Source: Candidatus Poribacteria bacterium (GTDB lineage Bacteria; Poribacteria; WGA-4E; PCPOR2b). Taken from it: 64,000 nt of DNA. This document shows positions 48,712 through 58,555 of this stretch, piece after piece; positions within the stretch are counted from its first letter, which is position 1, and each line of letters opens with the position of its first letter. The stretch covers positions 1,707,273 through 1,771,272 of the forward strand of contig OZ244950.1 in the NCBI GenBank assembly GCA_965222435.1. The letters are read 5' to 3'. The notes under the pieces are model-generated. The model worked only from the letters and a program-made list of their open reading frames with translations, did no database searches and was not told the origin of the DNA. The translations under genes were made by a program, and so were the position numbers.

Positions 48712-50391
48712 ATGAGAAACGCACTCAAACGTCAAAGCTACGCGATTACTGATGGTCCGGATCGAGCAGCAGCACGCGCGATGTTGATGTTCGGCGACGA
48801 TGGACTTAAACCTGAAGATCTGGATAAGCCAATCGTAGGGGTTGCCAATACATGGATCGAGATTGGTCCCTGCAACTACCACCTCCGCAGCCTTGCTGCA
48901 AAAGTGAAGGAAGGTATCCGGGCAGCAGGCGGTACACCTCTCGAATTTAATACAGTCAGTATTTCAGATGGAATCACAATGGGCACCGAGGGAATGAAGG
49001 CATCGCTCATCAGTCGGGAAGTAATTGCGGATTCCATTGAACTCGTTTGTCGCGGCAATATGTTTGATGCAGTTATCACGCTTTGTGGCTGCGACAAAAC
49101 TGTGCCCGGAACAGTGATGGCACTTGCCCGTCTAGACATACCCTCACTGACGCTTTACGGCGGATCAATTATGCCCGGCCGTTTTCAGGAGGAAGATGTA
49201 ACAATCATGGAGGTTTTCGAGGCGGTGGGGGTGCACGCTGCAGGCAAAATCACTATCGAAGAACTTGATGACCTTATTAGCAAAGGCTGCCCCGGTCCGG
49301 GGGCTTGCGGCGGGCAATACACCGCCAACACAATGGCAACCGCTGTCGAGATTCTTGGGATGGCACCGATGGGTAGTGGCAGCGTCCCAGCAGTGGATAA
49401 AAATAAAGATGATGTCGCATTTGAAGCAGGTCAGTTGGTTATGGAGATGCTAGCCGCCGACCGGCGCCCCAGCCAAATCATCACCCAACGTTCACTCGAA
49501 AATGCGATATCCTCGGTGGCAACAACCGGCGGTTCAACGAATGGTGTCCTTCATCTGCTTGCAATCGCACACGAAGCCAACATCCCACTGACAATCGACG
49601 ACTTTGAAGAGATTCGATCAAAGACACCAATCTTTGTGGACCTCAGACCCGGTGGACGTTTTGTCGCCGCAGATCTGCATGAAGCGGGCGGCATTCAGCT
49701 TGTCGCCAAACGCCTCATGGAAGCCGGACGCCTTCATGCCGACGAACTCACCGTAACGGGACAGACCATCGGCGAGGCAGCTGCTAACGCTGTCGAAGCA
49801 GAAGGCCAGGAAGTGGTCCTCCCTGCGTCGAAGCCGATCAAACCGACCGGTGGGTTCGCAATACTCAAAGGTAACCTCGCTCCCGACGGCTGTGTCATTA
49901 AGCTAGCCGGTCACGATAGAACCCTCCATAGAGGTCCGGCGCGCATCTTTGAACGCGAGGAAGATACCTTTGCAGCGATTAAGGACGGAACTATTCAGCC
50001 GGGTGATGTGGTCGTCATCCGCTACGAAGGTCCCGCCGGTGGTCCGGGGATGCGAGAAATGCTCGGTGTTACCGCCGCAATTGTTGGGGCTGGATTGGGT
50101 GAAGATGTTGCCCTCATGACAGATGGCAGGTTCTCTGGCGCGACGCACGGCTTCATGGTTTGCCACATTGCGCCGGAAGCGGCACACGGTGGACCAATTG
50201 CAATATTACGTGATGGTGATACCGTTGTGATTGACGCCGAAACACTTCGGATCGACGTTGAACTTTCGGACGAAGAGATTCAAGCACGACTCGACGAATG
50301 GACGCCTCCAGCACCACGCTACACCCGCGGCGTAATGGCGAAATATGCACGCCTTGTATCCTCAGCGTCTGAAGGAGCCGTCACTGGATAG
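48712..50391 (+). CDS. ilvD: dihydroxy-acid dehydratase family protein (IlvD/EDD)
   Basis: IlvD/EDD signature region (CNYHLRSLA..., [19 protein letters not shown]); start either 48676 or 48712. Confidence 0.75.
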   Translation: MRNALKRQSYAITDGPDRAAARAMLMFGDDGLKPEDLDKPIVGVANTWIEIGPCNYHLRSLAAKVKEGIRAAGGTPLEFNTVSISDGITMGTEGMKASLISREVIADSIELVCRGNMFDAVITLCGCDKTVPGTVMALARLDIPSLTLYGGSIMPGRFQEEDVTIMEVFEAVGVHAAGKITIEELDDLISKGCPGPGACGGQYTANTMATAVEILGMAPMGSGSVPAVDKNKDDVAFEAGQLVMEMLAADRRPSQIITQRSLENAISSVATTGGSTNGVLHLLAIAHEANIPLTIDDFEEIRSKTPIFVDLRPGGRFVAADLHEAGGIQLVAKRLMEAGRLHADELTVTGQTIGEAAANAVEAEGQEVVLPASKPIKPTGGFAILKGNLAPDGCVIKLAGHDRTLHRGPARIFEREEDTFAAIKDGTIQPGDVVVIRYEGPAGGPGMREMLGVTAAIVGAGLGEDVALMTDGRFSGATHGFMVCHIAPEAAHGGPIAILRDGDTVVIDAETLRIDVELSDEEIQARLDEWTPPAPRYTRGVMAKYARLVSSASEGAVTG

Positions 50392-50399
50392 GGGTTATC

Positions 50400-50777
50400 A
50401 TGGGCAGGATTAGAAAAGATATAGACGTAGAAGGTCGTCATTGTTGGGCTTTATTTGATAGTGGCGCGAGAAATACTTACATTGTCAGAGATATAGCCGT
50501 TAATCTACCGATGTTTGAGTTAAGAAATCCTCAGTTGGTCAATTTAGGCGGTAGGTCCCATAATGTCCTGAATGATTGCAGACTTGAGTGCGTCATAGAA
50601 GAATTCAACATCTTAACCCATGCAAGGGTACTTGATGAAATAGGGACAAACGAGGCTAGAAATAGAATTGAAGTTTTAATAGGTGCATTGACGATGCAGG
50701 AATGGGGAATTCGACTCAATATGGAAGAAGAGCAATTAGATATGAGTCATTATCCGATGGAGTTTATTGAGTTTTAA
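50400..50777 (+). CDS. retropepsin-like (clan AA) aspartic protease
   Basis: 125 aa single domain with ALFDSGA catalytic motif; visibly AT-richer than neighbours. Confidence 0.5.
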   Translation: MGRIRKDIDVEGRHCWALFDSGARNTYIVRDIAVNLPMFELRNPQLVNLGGRSHNVLNDCRLECVIEEFNILTHARVLDEIGTNEARNRIEVLIGALTMQEWGIRLNMEEEQLDMSHYPMEFIEF

Positions 50778-50871
50778 TGCAGAGGTAACGCCTATTCATT
50801 GGATTGATGCACGATAAATCGAGAAAAATACTGATCCTCGTACAGCAACCCTGAGAATAGGAGACAAGCAG

Positions 50872-51099
50872 ATGCTGTGTGATATTTGCGGTAGAGAAGG
50901 AGCACGAACCCGCAGGGTTACAGAAACTTACGGCAAGGGAGAAAATTTGATAGTCATTGAAAATATCCCTATGATGAGTTGCTCTCATTGTGGAGAGAGC
51001 TACTTTACAGCGGATACACTTCATGAAATCGAGCGGATTAAACTCCACCAAAAGAGTTTTGCTGTTGAACGTCCGGTGCCGGTAGCCAAGTTTGCATAG
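50872..51099 (+). CDS. YgiT-type zinc-finger protein (MqsA N-terminal-like)
   Basis: 75 aa with CDIC...CSHC four-Cys arrangement. Confidence 0.5.
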   Translation: MLCDICGREGARTRRVTETYGKGENLIVIENIPMMSCSHCGESYFTADTLHEIERIKLHQKSFAVERPVPVAKFA

Positions 51100-51120
51100 G
51101 GAATTTTCGCGTGAAAAGAT

Positions 51121-51891
51121 ATGCAAGATAAAATTGTCGGTCGAAATTCAGTGCTGGAACTCCTACGCCGCGGCAACCGTGAAATTGAACGGATTCTAAT
51201 CGCACAAGGCAACAACCACCCGCGTCTCCGGCAAATTCGTGCTATCGCTGAGAAAAACGGTATCCGCTGTGATTCCACACCACGTCGGGAATTGGATCCC
51301 ATGGAAGCGGATGTTCCACATCAAGGGGTTATCGCCCTTGTCAGTCCTGCCAGTTATATCGACCTTCCAAGCCTCATCACAAACATACCAAACTCGAACC
51401 AACCGCCCTTATTCATCATGCTCGATCAGGTCCAGGATCCCCGGAATCTCGGCGCAATTATCCGCACAGTGGATGCCGTCAATGCTGATGGACTAATCCT
51501 GCCTAAGGATAGAGCCGCCGGTATCACAACCGCTGCGCACAAAGCCTCGGCGGGCAGCTCCGAATATGTACCAATCGCTCAAGTGACCAACCTTTCCCGA
51601 ACAATCGAGACCCTCAAGGACGCTGGCATCTGGGTAATCGGTGCGGATCAGACAGCACCAACCCCCTACACGCAGGCGGATTTGACGGGGCAGATTTGTC
51701 TTGTCCTCGGTAATGAAGCGGAGGGACTCCGTCGTCTCGTTAAGGAAAAATGTGATCTGCTGATCCATCTTCCGATGTTCGGTCATGTTCCATCGCTTAA
51801 TGTTTCAGTCGCCGCGGGCATTCTGCTGTACGAAGTCATCCGTCAGAGAGGGAATACCGATTCAGTATCAGAGGGTACGAAAACGGGTTAA
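51121..51891 (+). CDS. SpoU/TrmH-family RNA 2'-O-methyltransferase (RlmB-like)
   Basis: LDQVQDPRNLGAIIRT motif and family length. Confidence 0.7.
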   Translation: MQDKIVGRNSVLELLRRGNREIERILIAQGNNHPRLRQIRAIAEKNGIRCDSTPRRELDPMEADVPHQGVIALVSPASYIDLPSLITNIPNSNQPPLFIMLDQVQDPRNLGAIIRTVDAVNADGLILPKDRAAGITTAAHKASAGSSEYVPIAQVTNLSRTIETLKDAGIWVIGADQTAPTPYTQADLTGQICLVLGNEAEGLRRLVKEKCDLLIHLPMFGHVPSLNVSVAAGILLYEVIRQRGNTDSVSEGTKTG

Positions 51892-51938
51892 ACTTTTCAT
51901 CGGACTGCCCACACGTTCCTATAGGACACAAAATCATT

Positions 51939-53315
51939 ATGCAGATCAACGACTCAATTACCGTTGAACAACTCAGACCGAAACTTGACCATCTGTTTGA
52001 GCTTTCGGGAAAGAAAATTCTGGCAATCGAAGACACATGGCTCCCCTCAAAAGGAACGCCGGTGTTCACTGTCGCCGGTCAGTATACCACGCGAGGTTGG
52101 ACAGAATGGACGCAGGGATTCCAATTCGGCTCCGCACTGCTGCAATTCGATGCAACAGATGACGAGCAGTTCCTCGAAATCGGACGGAAGAACACGGTCC
52201 AAAAGATGGCACCCCATCTGACACATATCGGCGTACACGACCACGGATTCAACAATGTCTCAACCTATGGCAATTTACGGCGCATGATCCTTGAAGGGCG
52301 CATCTCACACAACGATTGGGAACTCCATTTCTACGAACTTGCGTTGAAGGTGTCGGCGGCGGTGCAGGCGAGTCGCTGGTCAAAGATCAAAGATGGAAAA
52401 GGCTACATCCCCTCTTTCAATGGACCTCACTCGCTTTTCGCCGATACCATCCGCTCACTCCGGGCGTTGGCGTTGGGACATAGCTTAGGGCATGTGCTGA
52501 TGGGCGAAAATGACCAGCCAATCGCTTTACTGGAGCGGTTGTTACACCACTCCGAGACGACCGCAGCTTATAATGTCTACTACGGCGAAGGACGTGATGC
52601 GTTCGACGTACGTGGGCGCGTTGCACACGAATCGATCTTTAACATGAATGATGGCAATTACCGCTGTCCAAGCACACAGCAGGGGTACTCACCGCTTACG
52701 ACATGGACGCGGGGACTCGCATGGCTTATCACCGGCTATGCCGAGCAGCTTGAGTTTTTTGAGACACTGGCAGACGACGATCTCACCCCTTATGGCGGGA
52801 AGGCAGGGGCAACCGCGCATATACTAAAAGCCGCCGAAGCAACCTGCGATTTTTATGTTGAGAACACAGCCACAGACGGTATCCCGTATTGGGACACCGG
52901 GGCACCGGGGCTGCCTCGGCTTGGATCGTATCTCCAACAACCCGCAGACCCATTCAACGAGGTTGAACCTGTTGATAGCTCCGCAGCCGCCATCGCCGCG
53001 CAAGGGTTAATCCGATTGGGAAATCATCTTAAAAAACAGGGGGAGCAGGCAACTGGGAAACGCTACTATCAGGCGGGATTAACGGTCGCTGCCACGCTCT
53101 TTTCCGAATCGTATCTTTCAGAATCTGACGAACATCAGGGCTTAATCCTGCATTCAATCTACCATCGTCCAAACGGTTGGGATTATATCCCCGAAGGCAG
53201 CGCGATCCCTTGTGGTGAATCGTCAATGTGGGGCGACTACCACGCACGAGAACTTGGACTGCTCTTGCTACGGGAATTGGAAGGTCAACCGTATCTGACT
53301 TTTTGGGGAAACTAG
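51939..53315 (+). CDS. hypothetical protein (possibly alpha/alpha-barrel glycoside-hydrolase-like)
   Basis: 458-aa ORF; function not recognisable with confidence. Confidence 0.35.
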   Translation: MQINDSITVEQLRPKLDHLFELSGKKILAIEDTWLPSKGTPVFTVAGQYTTRGWTEWTQGFQFGSALLQFDATDDEQFLEIGRKNTVQKMAPHLTHIGVHDHGFNNVSTYGNLRRMILEGRISHNDWELHFYELALKVSAAVQASRWSKIKDGKGYIPSFNGPHSLFADTIRSLRALALGHSLGHVLMGENDQPIALLERLLHHSETTAAYNVYYGEGRDAFDVRGRVAHESIFNMNDGNYRCPSTQQGYSPLTTWTRGLAWLITGYAEQLEFFETLADDDLTPYGGKAGATAHILKAAEATCDFYVENTATDGIPYWDTGAPGLPRLGSYLQQPADPFNEVEPVDSSAAAIAAQGLIRLGNHLKKQGEQATGKRYYQAGLTVAATLFSESYLSESDEHQGLILHSIYHRPNGWDYIPEGSAIPCGESSMWGDYHARELGLLLLRELEGQPYLTFWGN

Positions 53316-53363
53316 CAGAGGACAAAAATCTTCATCCCACAAAAGAATAGGGGGAATCTATCA

Positions 53364-54104
53364 ATGCAATTAACAGACAAACAGGTGCAACAGTTTCACG
53401 AAGAAGGCTACTTGATTTTTGAAAATCTAATCCACGGCGAAAAACTCAAAGCCTATCAGGATTTCTTTGATGAACTGGTTGAGCGCAGCCGCACCCTCCC
53501 AGTTAACCTTCCACACTGGACATTTGAATTTAGTGAAGACCACGAACCAATTCCGGGGTTTTTACACAAAATTCAAGGCGTGTGCGTCGTTGAGCCGAAG
53601 GTATTGGATCTCGCCCAAGAGGCGGAAATCCTTGACCGAGTCCAAGCACTCGTCGGTCCCGACATTGACGTATTCGGCACCAAGTTCTTTCCCAAGCTGC
53701 CGAATGGCGGCACCTCGGTAGACTGGCATCAGGACAACTTCTACTTCGGCACAAACACAAACCGAATTGTCAGTTGCGGTATTTACCTTCAAGACGCTGA
53801 TCGTGATAACGGCTGCCTGAGAATTGTTCCGAAAAGTCACCTGTCCCAAGCGATTGTAGAACATCATCGGAGGCAGGGGGCACACGGGAGTTGGACAGAG
53901 GTAGACGAATCGAAAGCCGTCGATGTGGAGGTGCCCGGTGGCACGGTAGTTTTTTTCTCATCGAACCTCCTTCACGGAACGTATGAAAATCGTAGTAATC
54001 GCCCTCGCTACAGCACTGCTTGGCACTATATCCCCGGCGATCTGTCCCTAGAACGGTTCCCACGTGACGGTTACGAGGATCGGCACATTGTTCGGGGGGA
54101 TTAA
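53364..54104 (+). CDS. phytanoyl-CoA dioxygenase family protein
   Basis: VDWHQDNFYF, IVPKSHL, LLHGT motifs. Confidence 0.7.
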   Translation: MQLTDKQVQQFHEEGYLIFENLIHGEKLKAYQDFFDELVERSRTLPVNLPHWTFEFSEDHEPIPGFLHKIQGVCVVEPKVLDLAQEAEILDRVQALVGPDIDVFGTKFFPKLPNGGTSVDWHQDNFYFGTNTNRIVSCGIYLQDADRDNGCLRIVPKSHLSQAIVEHHRRQGAHGSWTEVDESKAVDVEVPGGTVVFFSSNLLHGTYENRSNRPRYSTAWHYIPGDLSLERFPRDGYEDRHIVRGD

Positions 54105-54123
54105 CATACCAAAAGAGGACAAT

Positions 54124-54915
54124 ATGCTCAGTCACTCTGAAATAGAATCATTCCTTCAAGACGGCTATGTCATCCGTAGAGGTGTATTATCCCAAACGGA
54201 CATTGAGACATATCGCGCCGCTGTCGATTCCATCCTACACAAATGCCGCATCGAAAAGGTGCATCAATATTTGCGCTACGTTGATGGCGAACAAGATGAC
54301 ATCTGGGGCGTAAATAACGTCTTTCATCCAAGCATCAGAGAAGCAGCCCTCGTCGAATCGCTTGGGCATCCCCAGATTTTGGATGTCATCGAAAGCCTAA
54401 TCGGGACGCGGTTGCGCTATCATCTGTGCACACTGTTGGTCAGCCCAGAACGCAAGCCGTATCACATCAACTGGCATCGCGATTCAACAAGAGATGGCGA
54501 GGTGCCACGCGAACAACTGATAGCAAAACTCAGGAGCAGCGCTCAACTGAACGGCGCGTTATACGACGATGAAACCCTCTTCATCGTCCCCGGCAGTCAC
54601 CGACGGGAGATCACCGACACCGAGCGGCACATCCTACAAAATTCGCCCAAAGCCGACATGCCCAACCAGATGGCTGTCCAACTAAAGGCGGGCGATATTG
54701 TTTTCTACAATTCCAGCCTGCTCCACAAAGGGTATAACCGGTCTAGCGTGATCCGCCAAACACTACATTACGCGCTTGTGGTTGCACCCCCCGAAGGGGA
54801 ACCGCCAAACCCGGATAGCCCCACCGGTCAGGAGTGGCTGAACGATTCATCATTCCTTGAAAGTCTCAACCCGCGAATCAAACCGCTTTTCGATAATTGG
54901 TTAAAATACGGATAA
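54124..54915 (+). CDS. phytanoyl-CoA dioxygenase family protein
   Basis: INWHRDS, IVPGSHRRE, LLHKGYN motifs; start at internal ATG 54124. Confidence 0.65.
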   Translation: MLSHSEIESFLQDGYVIRRGVLSQTDIETYRAAVDSILHKCRIEKVHQYLRYVDGEQDDIWGVNNVFHPSIREAALVESLGHPQILDVIESLIGTRLRYHLCTLLVSPERKPYHINWHRDSTRDGEVPREQLIAKLRSSAQLNGALYDDETLFIVPGSHRREITDTERHILQNSPKADMPNQMAVQLKAGDIVFYNSSLLHKGYNRSSVIRQTLHYALVVAPPEGEPPNPDSPTGQEWLNDSSFLESLNPRIKPLFDNWLKYG

Positions 54916-54929
54916 CAGAGGAGGGATTT

Positions 54930-55865
54930 ATGGCAACACATCACTTTGAACCTAATATTTATTACACCGCAATCGGGACACACGAACCGGTGCTCCACAT
55001 CGACAGCGGTGATACCGTCGTGACAACAACCGTTGATGCCGGTGGCGTTGATGCTGCCGGAGAGGCAGTCACTGAAGGGGGAAACCCGCAGACCGGACCG
55101 TTTTATATCAACAATGCAGTGCCGGGCGATACACTTGTCGTTCACTTTGATCGCCTAGTCCCTAATCGCAAGATGGGTAGAACCTCAACGGTAATCGCTC
55201 CACACGTCCTAGACGCAGAATATGTAGCATCCAATCTGCCGGAGAACGGTCGCGGAGACTGGGAAATCGATCTGGACAAGTGGACAGCGACCCTCGTTTC
55301 GCCGGAAACGAGCCTCGGTAGGCTCACACTGCCGCTGGAACCGATGGCGGGATGTTTTGGTGTTGCCCCACCACGTGGGCAGGCAATCTCCACGGCGACC
55401 TCCTCAACGCACGGCGGGAACATGGACTACCGCGGTTTTTGTGAAGGAGCTACTGTTTATCTTCCCGTTTTTGTGGACGGTGCCCTGTTTCATATCGGGG
55501 ATGGACACGCTGTACAAGGCGACGGTGAGATTGTCGGAACCGGGATTGAGATCTCGTTTGACGTGCAGTTTACGGTCAACGTAATCAAAGGCAAAGAGAT
55601 CGGTTGGCCCCGAGCGGAAAACGACGACTATATCCTAACGGCTGGAAATGCACGTCCCTTGGATCAGTGTGTGCAGCACGCGACAACGGAAATGGTTCGT
55701 TGGCTTAACGAACTCGGCTTGGACGGGAACGCCCCCCACATCCTGCTCGGTCAGTGTGTGGAGTACGATATGGGCAATGTGTATGATCCGGCGTATACGA
55801 TGGTCTGCAAGGTGAAAAAGAGTATCTTGCGGGATATTGGTTTAACGCTGAATCCACTAATCTGA
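54930..55865 (+). CDS. acetamidase/formamidase family protein
   Basis: FmdA/AmdA-like pattern (HFEPNIYYTAIGTHEPVLHIDSGD, GDGHAVQGDGE). Confidence 0.7.
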   Translation: MATHHFEPNIYYTAIGTHEPVLHIDSGDTVVTTTVDAGGVDAAGEAVTEGGNPQTGPFYINNAVPGDTLVVHFDRLVPNRKMGRTSTVIAPHVLDAEYVASNLPENGRGDWEIDLDKWTATLVSPETSLGRLTLPLEPMAGCFGVAPPRGQAISTATSSTHGGNMDYRGFCEGATVYLPVFVDGALFHIGDGHAVQGDGEIVGTGIEISFDVQFTVNVIKGKEIGWPRAENDDYILTAGNARPLDQCVQHATTEMVRWLNELGLDGNAPHILLGQCVEYDMGNVYDPAYTMVCKVKKSILRDIGLTLNPLI

Positions 55866-55899
55866 AAACAGAAGTTGTGAAACGGAGTTACAATTTCTT

Positions 55900-56085
55900 T
55901 TACGGTACGGGAATACCCAGTTGCCGACAGATTTGCCTTGCTGTGTAATCAGGAATCTCTCTATGACGCGGTACAGAGGTTCGACGATTTGTAGTCGGGT
56001 TTCCCCAAATTGAATGGTCGCCACCTTCACGTACAAACTGGCAGTCATGCCGACGCAGATGGTTGAGAAGGTCTCTTCGTTTCAT
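55900..56085 (-). CDS. hicA: HicA-family mRNA interferase toxin
   Basis: 61 aa; FVREGGDHSIW...VPRHREI pattern. Confidence 0.7.
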   Translation of the reverse strand: MKRRDLLNHLRRHDCQFVREGGDHSIWGNPTTNRRTSVPRHREIPDYTARQICRQLGIPVP

Positions 56086-56366
56086 GGAACAGCATCCTGC
56101 GGAATCAAGGTCACACGAGATGTAGACTGAAGCAAGAGGTAAATTGGTTCTTCTAAATCCGCCTCTGGATCTGTACAGGTTGGATTAGGTTGTGGAAGGG
56201 ACTCGCCATGTAGTAAGTTCGTCTCTGCCATATCAACCAAGGCACTTGCTAACAGTCGTCGTGCTTCTTCTATATCTTTACCACAGGTGATGACACCCGG
56301 AAAATCAAGCACTTCCGCATGAACGCCTTCATCTAATAATTTGTACATCGCTTTATAAGTCAACAT
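56082..56366 (-). CDS. hicB: HicB-family antitoxin
   Basis: 94 aa, overlaps hicA start by 4 nt; UPF0150-like N-terminal fold pattern. Confidence 0.65.
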   Translation of the reverse strand: MLTYKAMYKLLDEGVHAEVLDFPGVITCGKDIEEARRLLASALVDMAETNLLHGESLPQPNPTCTDPEADLEEPIYLLLQSTSRVTLIPQDAVP

Positions 56367-56412
56367 AATCTATCTCTATTCATTAAATGGGATTGTTGAA
56401 TATTAGTCAAAT

Positions 56413-57051
56413 CTAGAATAGGGTCAACTTCGGGGAATCGGGGGCTTCTGATAGTTTACGCTTTGCCTCGGCGACATCATCAATTACGGCTTGCCGGGCA
56501 CGCGCATACGCTTCGCCTTCCTGTCTCAATACGAATGCCGGGTTATAGGTCGCCAAAACAAATGGGGCGTAAAGCGTATCTGTGAACCATTGACCTCGCT
56601 CCTCGGTCATGCGAAAACTTTTGTGGATGAGCGTATTGGCGGCAGGGCTTCCCATACAGACAATGACCGAGGGGCTAATCAACGTGAGTTCCCCGTCGAG
56701 CCATTTTGAGCACGCCCTAATCTCCCCGGCTTTCGGCGGGCGGTTTTTGACCACGCGTCCCACTCGGACAGCGGCACGACATCTGATAACGTTCGTTATC
56801 CAGATTTCATCACGGTCTAAGTCGTTCGCATGAAGTACTTCGTCGAGCAGCACTCCCGACGGACCCGAAAATGGAATCAACGTGTGTTCATCCGTCGCCG
56901 AGGGTCCTTCAGCGACAATAACGAGTTTGGAGGTGGGATCGCCGTTACCAAAAGCGACGTTCAACCGGGTTTCCGCCAAGCCGCAGTCGGTGCAGACGAT
57001 CGCTTGTGCTTTGAGTGCTTCCATTTTCTCAAAAACTTCGGTCATTTCCAT
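56413..57051 (-). CDS. uracil-DNA glycosylase, family 4
   Basis: VIVAEGPSATDE (family 4 GEGP-type motif) and N-terminal Cys cluster. Confidence 0.7.
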   Translation of the reverse strand: MEMTEVFEKMEALKAQAIVCTDCGLAETRLNVAFGNGDPTSKLVIVAEGPSATDEHTLIPFSGPSGVLLDEVLHANDLDRDEIWITNVIRCRAAVRVGRVVKNRPPKAGEIRACSKWLDGELTLISPSVIVCMGSPAANTLIHKSFRMTEERGQWFTDTLYAPFVLATYNPAFVLRQEGEAYARARQAVIDDVAEAKRKLSEAPDSPKLTLF

Positions 57052-58400
57052 CCCTCCTCAAGTCAGTTACCCCACCCTAAAGGGTGAGGGTTGTTGCCTT
57101 GTCCCTTGGGATTTATTGGGTTGCGCGCTTCCGTCCCTTTCGGGTGCTTCGGGGGTGTTAGTAACCACCGCACCTCCACGCAAGGCTACAGCAGCCTTTT
57201 TGATGTTTATAGCAGCGTTATGGTCTCTGTCTAAAATCAGACCACAATCGGTACAATCATGGACTCTTACAGAGAGCGCTTTCTTGACAATCGAACCGCA
57301 CCCGGCACATTTCTGGCTTGTATAGTGGGGGTTGACTTTCGTAAACTGCTTGCCGGCACTTTCAGCCTTGCTTTGCAGCTTCAATCGAAAGCGACCCCAC
57401 CCTGCGTCCGAGATGCTCTTAGCGAGGTAATGGTTCTTGACCATGTTCTTAATTTGGAGGGTCTCAACAGCTACTTCGTCGCACCGTTCAAGGATAGAAT
57501 GTGCCGCCTTAAACTGAAAGTCTTTCCGTTGGTTCGCAACGTGTTCGTGGCAACGGGCAACAGTATCACGTTGTTTCGATCTACGTTTGCTTCCTTTATT
57601 ACGTCGTGCGAGTATCTGTTGATGTCTAGCAAGTTTCTTTTCCGCTTTACGGAAATGGCGGGGGTTCGGGATTTGCTCGCCGTCCGAATCAACGACAAAG
57701 GCGTTAAGCCCCACATCAATGCCGAGTGTCGTTTGAACGGGGACTTCAATCGGGGCCGGAACCTCAACGACGATTGTGGCGTGCCAACCGGACGCCTTTT
57801 TGGAGAGGGTCAACGTCTTAATTTTACCATCGGGCAACGGGCGATGGTGTCGAATCTTCAGGTGGCCGACTTTCGGGACAACTATACGGGCAAACTTCCT
57901 ATGGACATTGCGAATCAAATTGTTAGACAGGTGACTAAAGGTCATCGACCTATACCGTCCTTCGCCTTTGAAGCGTGGGAACCCCGGTTCACCACCTGTT
58001 TTGATGCGGCGAAAGAATGCTTTGTATCCTTTATCCAAACGGCGAATCGTATCTTGGAGAACGTCGCTATGGAGACCGGCAAACGATGTCGATTCTTGTT
58101 TCAGGTCAGGCAAAGCGTTCGCTTGTGTCGTCCACTTTACCGACTCGCCGGTGTTTTTGTACGTCTCTATACGCCATGCAAGGGCTTGATTGTAAAGGTG
58201 TCTCAACAATGCCAACCAAACGGTAAAGGTGGTCCGTTGCTTGGTTGTAGGATACGCACGATATTCATAAGTCTTTTTCATTATTTTACCTGCAAAATCA
58301 ACCAAAAAAGGAACGCAGTTTCCTCCCCACGCTAAAGCATGGGGTTTCCACTGCGAAGATTTTGATGAATATAGGGCGAATGATAACACAGGGGATTAAA
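57052..58400 (-). mobile_element. IS200/IS605-family element remnant (tnpB only, no tnpA seen)
   Basis: Solo tnpB; ends not defined; tnpB stop lies 15 nt from the uracil-DNA glycosylase start. Confidence 0.4.
57067..58281 (-). CDS. tnpB: IS200/IS605-family TnpB (OrfB)
   Basis: RuvC-like core and C-terminal zinc finger CAGCG...CTDCG...NAAINI; start at internal ATG 58281. Confidence 0.75.
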   Translation of the reverse strand: MKKTYEYRAYPTTKQRTTFTVWLALLRHLYNQALAWRIETYKNTGESVKWTTQANALPDLKQESTSFAGLHSDVLQDTIRRLDKGYKAFFRRIKTGGEPGFPRFKGEGRYRSMTFSHLSNNLIRNVHRKFARIVVPKVGHLKIRHHRPLPDGKIKTLTLSKKASGWHATIVVEVPAPIEVPVQTTLGIDVGLNAFVVDSDGEQIPNPRHFRKAEKKLARHQQILARRNKGSKRRSKQRDTVARCHEHVANQRKDFQFKAAHSILERCDEVAVETLQIKNMVKNHYLAKSISDAGWGRFRLKLQSKAESAGKQFTKVNPHYTSQKCAGCGSIVKKALSVRVHDCTDCGLILDRDHNAAINIKKAAVALRGGAVVTNTPEAPERDGSAQPNKSQGTRQQPSPFRVG

Positions 58401-58493
58401 GGTTGTCAATTTCTATCCCCGGATGCGGTTGTGTATGGAAATTTACTTCCGTCGGAAAATAACTCAAACCACCAATCCGGCAAAACTTCCTAT

Positions 58494-58521
58494 TGACAAA
58501 AAGGCTCCAGATGTGTATCCT
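58494..58521 (+). promoter_or_regulatory. sigma-70-like promoter upstream of amidohydrolase gene
   Basis: TTGACA - 16 nt - TATCCT. Confidence 0.3.
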
Positions 58522-58555
58522 ATAAAAGACCCTACAATTGTATTAGGAGAAAACC

